NCBI GenBank assembly: GCA_043804695.1
Contig: JAZDIV010000006.1
Span: 1 to 29,358, forward strand
Source: PVC group bacterium
GTDB lineage: Bacteria; Auribacterota; Erginobacteria; Erginobacterales; Erginobacteraceae
Length of the DNA stretch: 29,358 bases
Reading direction: 5' to 3'
Positions 26,619 to 29,358 of this stretch are shown piece by piece. The first letter of the stretch is position 1, and every line of letters begins with the position of its first letter. Under the pieces are notes generated by a model that searched no databases, was not told the DNA's origin, and saw only the letters and a list, made by a program, of their open reading frames with translations. Both the position numbers and the translations under genes were made by a program.

Positions 26619-27827
26619 ATGATCACAAAAGAATTTATCCGGGAACTCCCCAAGAGCGACCTGCATGTCCACCTGGACGGCTCTCTTCGGGTCAAAACCC
26701 TGATTGAGCTCGCCCGGCAGGAGAAGTTTGAGCTCCCTTCCTATACTGAGGAAGGGCTCAACGAAACCGTTTACAAGAGCCACTACGGCAGCCTCGAGGA
26801 ATACCTGGCCGGTTTCCAGTACACCGTCCGGGCCATGCAGACCCCCGAGAACCTGGAACGGATCGCCTACGAATTCGCCCGGGACAACCAGGAGGAAGGG
26901 GTGCGTTACGTGGAGGTGCGTTTCGCCCCGCAACTTCACATGAGCAGCCGGCTCCACCTGAACAGGATCATGGCCGGCGTCAATGACGGCCTGGCCCGGG
27001 CGGAGAAGGAGTTCAACCGGCGCCCGGAAGTCGCGGACGGGGGAATGCCCCCGTTCCGTTACGGCATCATCGCCTGCGCGCTGCGGTCGTTCGGGAAGAT
27101 GTCCGACTACTACCGGACCTTTCTAGACGCGCATCCCTTCTCGGAGGAGAGGAGGAGCTTTGGCCTGGCTTCCTACGAGCTGGTCCAGGGGGTGGTTCAG
27201 GCCCGGGACCGGCTCGGCCTCCCCATCGTCGGGTTCGACCTGGCCGGCCCGGAATACGGGTTCCCCGCCGATGATCACTGGAAGGCGTTCCAGTTCGCGC
27301 AGAAGAACTTCCTCCACAAGACCGTTCACGCCGGGGAGGCGTATGGGCCGGAGTCCATCTTCCAGGCCATCACCGCCCTCTACGCGGAGCGGATTGGACA
27401 CGGGTACTACCTCTTCGACGAGACCAAGATCACCAGCCCCGAGATAAAGGACAAGAAGAAATACATCCAGGACCTCAGCCAGTTTATCGCCGACAAGAGG
27501 ATCACCATCGAAGTTTGCCTGACCAGCAACCTGCAGACCAACCCCGCGATCGGGGATATCCGCAATCACCAGTTCAAGAAGATGCGGGAGGCCCGTTTGA
27601 GCGCCACCTTCTGCACCGACAACCGGCTGGTGAGCAAGACCACCGTCACCCGGGAGATCGGCCTCGCGGTCGACGCCTTCGGGATCGATGTCAAGGAACT
27701 GAAGGATCACATCATCTACGGCTTCAAGCGGTGCTTTTATCCGGGGAAATATACCGAGAAACGACGGTATGTCCGCTCGGTCATCGACTACTACGAGAAC
27801 CTGGAGCGGAAACACGGCCAGGCGTAA
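26619..27827 (+). CDS. add: Adenosine deaminase family protein
   Basis: LPKSDLHVHLDGS, YVEVRFAP, GFDLAGPE, TVHAGE, RIGHG, EVCLTSN and TDN. Confidence 0.9.
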   Translation: MITKEFIRELPKSDLHVHLDGSLRVKTLIELARQEKFELPSYTEEGLNETVYKSHYGSLEEYLAGFQYTVRAMQTPENLERIAYEFARDNQEEGVRYVEVRFAPQLHMSSRLHLNRIMAGVNDGLARAEKEFNRRPEVADGGMPPFRYGIIACALRSFGKMSDYYRTFLDAHPFSEERRSFGLASYELVQGVVQARDRLGLPIVGFDLAGPEYGFPADDHWKAFQFAQKNFLHKTVHAGEAYGPESIFQAITALYAERIGHGYYLFDETKITSPEIKDKKKYIQDLSQFIADKRITIEVCLTSNLQTNPAIGDIRNHQFKKMREARLSATFCTDNRLVSKTTVTREIGLAVDAFGIDVKELKDHIIYGFKRCFYPGKYTEKRRYVRSVIDYYENLERKHGQA

Positions 27828-27844
27828 ATAAAGCAACCATGAAG

Positions 27845-27876
27845 TAATGGAGTGTTGGAGTGATGGAGTATTGGGG
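27845..27876 (+). repeat. Four tandem 8-mers (TRWTGGAG-like)
   Basis: taatggag tgttggag tgatggag tattgggg. Confidence 0.6.
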
Positions 27877-28471
27877 AACCGGTTCCCCAGACTCTGTACT
27901 CCCGATCACATTCAATCGTCTCTTTTATCTTCTTTACGACAACCTCCCCCTGTTGTACACTATTCTCAGGAACACCGGCGTCACTACGATCGGGCAGTGG
28001 CGGTCATTCACCCGGATCAACCGGACCCTTCCGGGGATCCATCCGGCGGAAAAAGACCTCCTCGCTGCCCGGGCGGCGTTGCTCGACCTGTTTCTGGAGC
28101 AGCGGTCGATCGGGCGAAGCCGGCCCGTTGCCCGGGAGACGCTGGAGAAGAGCGGGGCGGTCAGCGCCCGGTATATCGACGCGTTCGCGGAACTTGCCCG
28201 GGAACGGGGGAACGACCCGCTGACATTTATCGAGGCCCTGGAATCGGGGGATGACCCCCGGTCGGCCGGTTTCCGGAAAAAATCGATGGAAGCCCTCCGC
28301 GTCTTTTTGGAAGAGAATGAATGTATTAACCGCCGGGAACGTCTAACCAGGGAGGAGATAACAGCCGTGGCCACGGCGCGGCCGGACCTGACCGCCCGGT
28401 TCTCAGCCGGAGAGATCGCAAACAGGATCTCCGCCCGGTGGGATCTCCTGGCAACCGGCAACCGCAGTTAA
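27863..28471 (+). CDS. Hypothetical protein, possibly a 3' remnant of a larger gene
   Basis: About 200-aa helical ORF with host-like GC-rich codons in its 3' part; its start codons fall inside the octamer repeat. Confidence 0.55.
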   Translation: MEYWGTGSPDSVLPITFNRLFYLLYDNLPLLYTILRNTGVTTIGQWRSFTRINRTLPGIHPAEKDLLAARAALLDLFLEQRSIGRSRPVARETLEKSGAVSARYIDAFAELARERGNDPLTFIEALESGDDPRSAGFRKKSMEALRVFLEENECINRRERLTREEITAVATARPDLTARFSAGEIANRISARWDLLATGNRS

Positions 28472-28497
28472 CCTGATTTTATGAATAAATCGGGTTA
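28469..28497. repeat. Degenerate copy of the 28-bp palindrome
   Basis: TAACCTGATTTTATGAATAAATCGGGTTA overlaps the upstream stop and abuts the next RBS. Confidence 0.75.
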
Positions 28498-28510
28498 AAG
28501 GAGAAGAGTG

Positions 28511-29358
28511 ATGAATAAGTTTTTCATGATCGGGGCGCTGCTGTTCTGGGTGATGTCCGGGGGGGCCGCCGGCCAGGACTATGGGGTAACACCCGGCCAA
28601 TCTCAGGGGGCTCCATCGGAGAGCGGTCTGACTGCCGCAGGGGAAAAACTGCTCTCCGAGCAGGGTCTCTCTCCGACCCCCCCGGCGGGAGCGGTCTCCG
28701 CGGGAGAAAACCGCCAGGCCGTCCGCGAGCAGGCGAAAGATACTCTCCTGTACGGGATCGCCGCCGGCGGACAGGGACAGGCCGCCAACCCCAACCTGCT
28801 CTACGACGTGGATGCCCAGAGCCGGGAGGAGACCCCCCAGGAGGGAAATCCTCAGATGCTCTACGGTGTCGGCGAAGCCTCCCGGGAAGTGGCCCCTCCC
28901 CGGCAGGGAACCGCAACCTTTCAGGAAGGGGGGAGGACCGTCGGGAGAGCGCAGACATCGGGTGACACCACCACGATATATGGTGAGGACGGCCGCAGCG
29001 CCGGACGCATAGAGGAGCAGGGCGGGACCACCAGGGTCTATGGCGCCGACGGCCGGGACGCCGGGAGGGTCCAGAAGTCGGGCGGAACCAGCTTGATCTA
29101 CGGCGCCGACGGGCGCGCGGCCGGGAGAACCGAGGAGACGGGGGGCACCACGCTCCTTTTTGGGGCGGACGGGCAGAATGTCGGCCGGACCCAGGTCTCG
29201 GGGGATACGACCCACCTCTACGACAAGAAAGGACGTCCGATGGGGAGAGTCGTGGAGCAGGGGAACACGACCTATTTCTACGGCCCGGATGGGAGGGTTC
29301 AGGGGAGAAAGGAGAAAAGAGGGAACACCACCTACATCTATGACGCCTCCGGCCGGCA
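28511..29358 (+). CDS. Secreted protein with tandem 20-aa beta-hairpin-like repeats, runs off the window end
   Basis: Not in the ORF track. RBS AAAGGAG, signal peptide MNKFFMIGALLFWVMSGGAAG, and an open frame to the end. At least 7 repeats of GxTTxxYGxDGRxxGRxxxx start at 28961. Confidence 0.85.
   Translation, partial: MNKFFMIGALLFWVMSGGAAGQDYGVTPGQSQGAPSESGLTAAGEKLLSEQGLSPTPPAGAVSAGENRQAVREQAKDTLLYGIAAGGQGQAANPNLLYDVDAQSREETPQEGNPQMLYGVGEASREVAPPRQGTATFQEGGRTVGRAQTSGDTTTIYGEDGRSAGRIEEQGGTTRVYGADGRDAGRVQKSGGTSLIYGADGRAAGRTEETGGTTLLFGADGQNVGRTQVSGDTTHLYDKKGRPMGRVVEQGNTTYFYGPDGRVQGRKEKRGNTTYIYDASGR

Overview
This is a bacterial chromosomal segment with mostly GC-rich housekeeping and envelope genes. 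In order it carries a partial GT-C glycosyltransferase, an outer-membrane beta-barrel, a two-domain ndk, an aspartate aminotransferase, a chalcone-isomerase-like protein, an aconitase, two FUSC-type membrane proteins, mfd, a ygiQ radical SAM gene, dusB, gpmA, a ubiB-family kinase with a phasin-like gene, an amidase, add and a partial secreted repeat protein. A visibly AT-richer island (about 13.14-18.45 kb) between mfd and ygiQ holds three decayed IS remnants, a secreted 12-repeat ankyrin protein and a broken, apparently chimeric GT-C/TPR gene. The most notable observations are: (1) a 63-aa basic protein with a strong RBS whose motifs match my recollection of the crenarchaeal chromatin protein CC1; (2) a duplicated ~200-bp structured intergenic element ending directly at start codons, with a compensatory C7/G7 vs C5/G5 stem change; (3) several families of small palindromes, some apparently inserted into other repeats, with empty and filled versions both visible; (4) a single in-frame TAA in the mfd TRG motif. 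I found no tRNA, rRNA or CRISPR array. All family assignments come from motif recognition, with no database searches.
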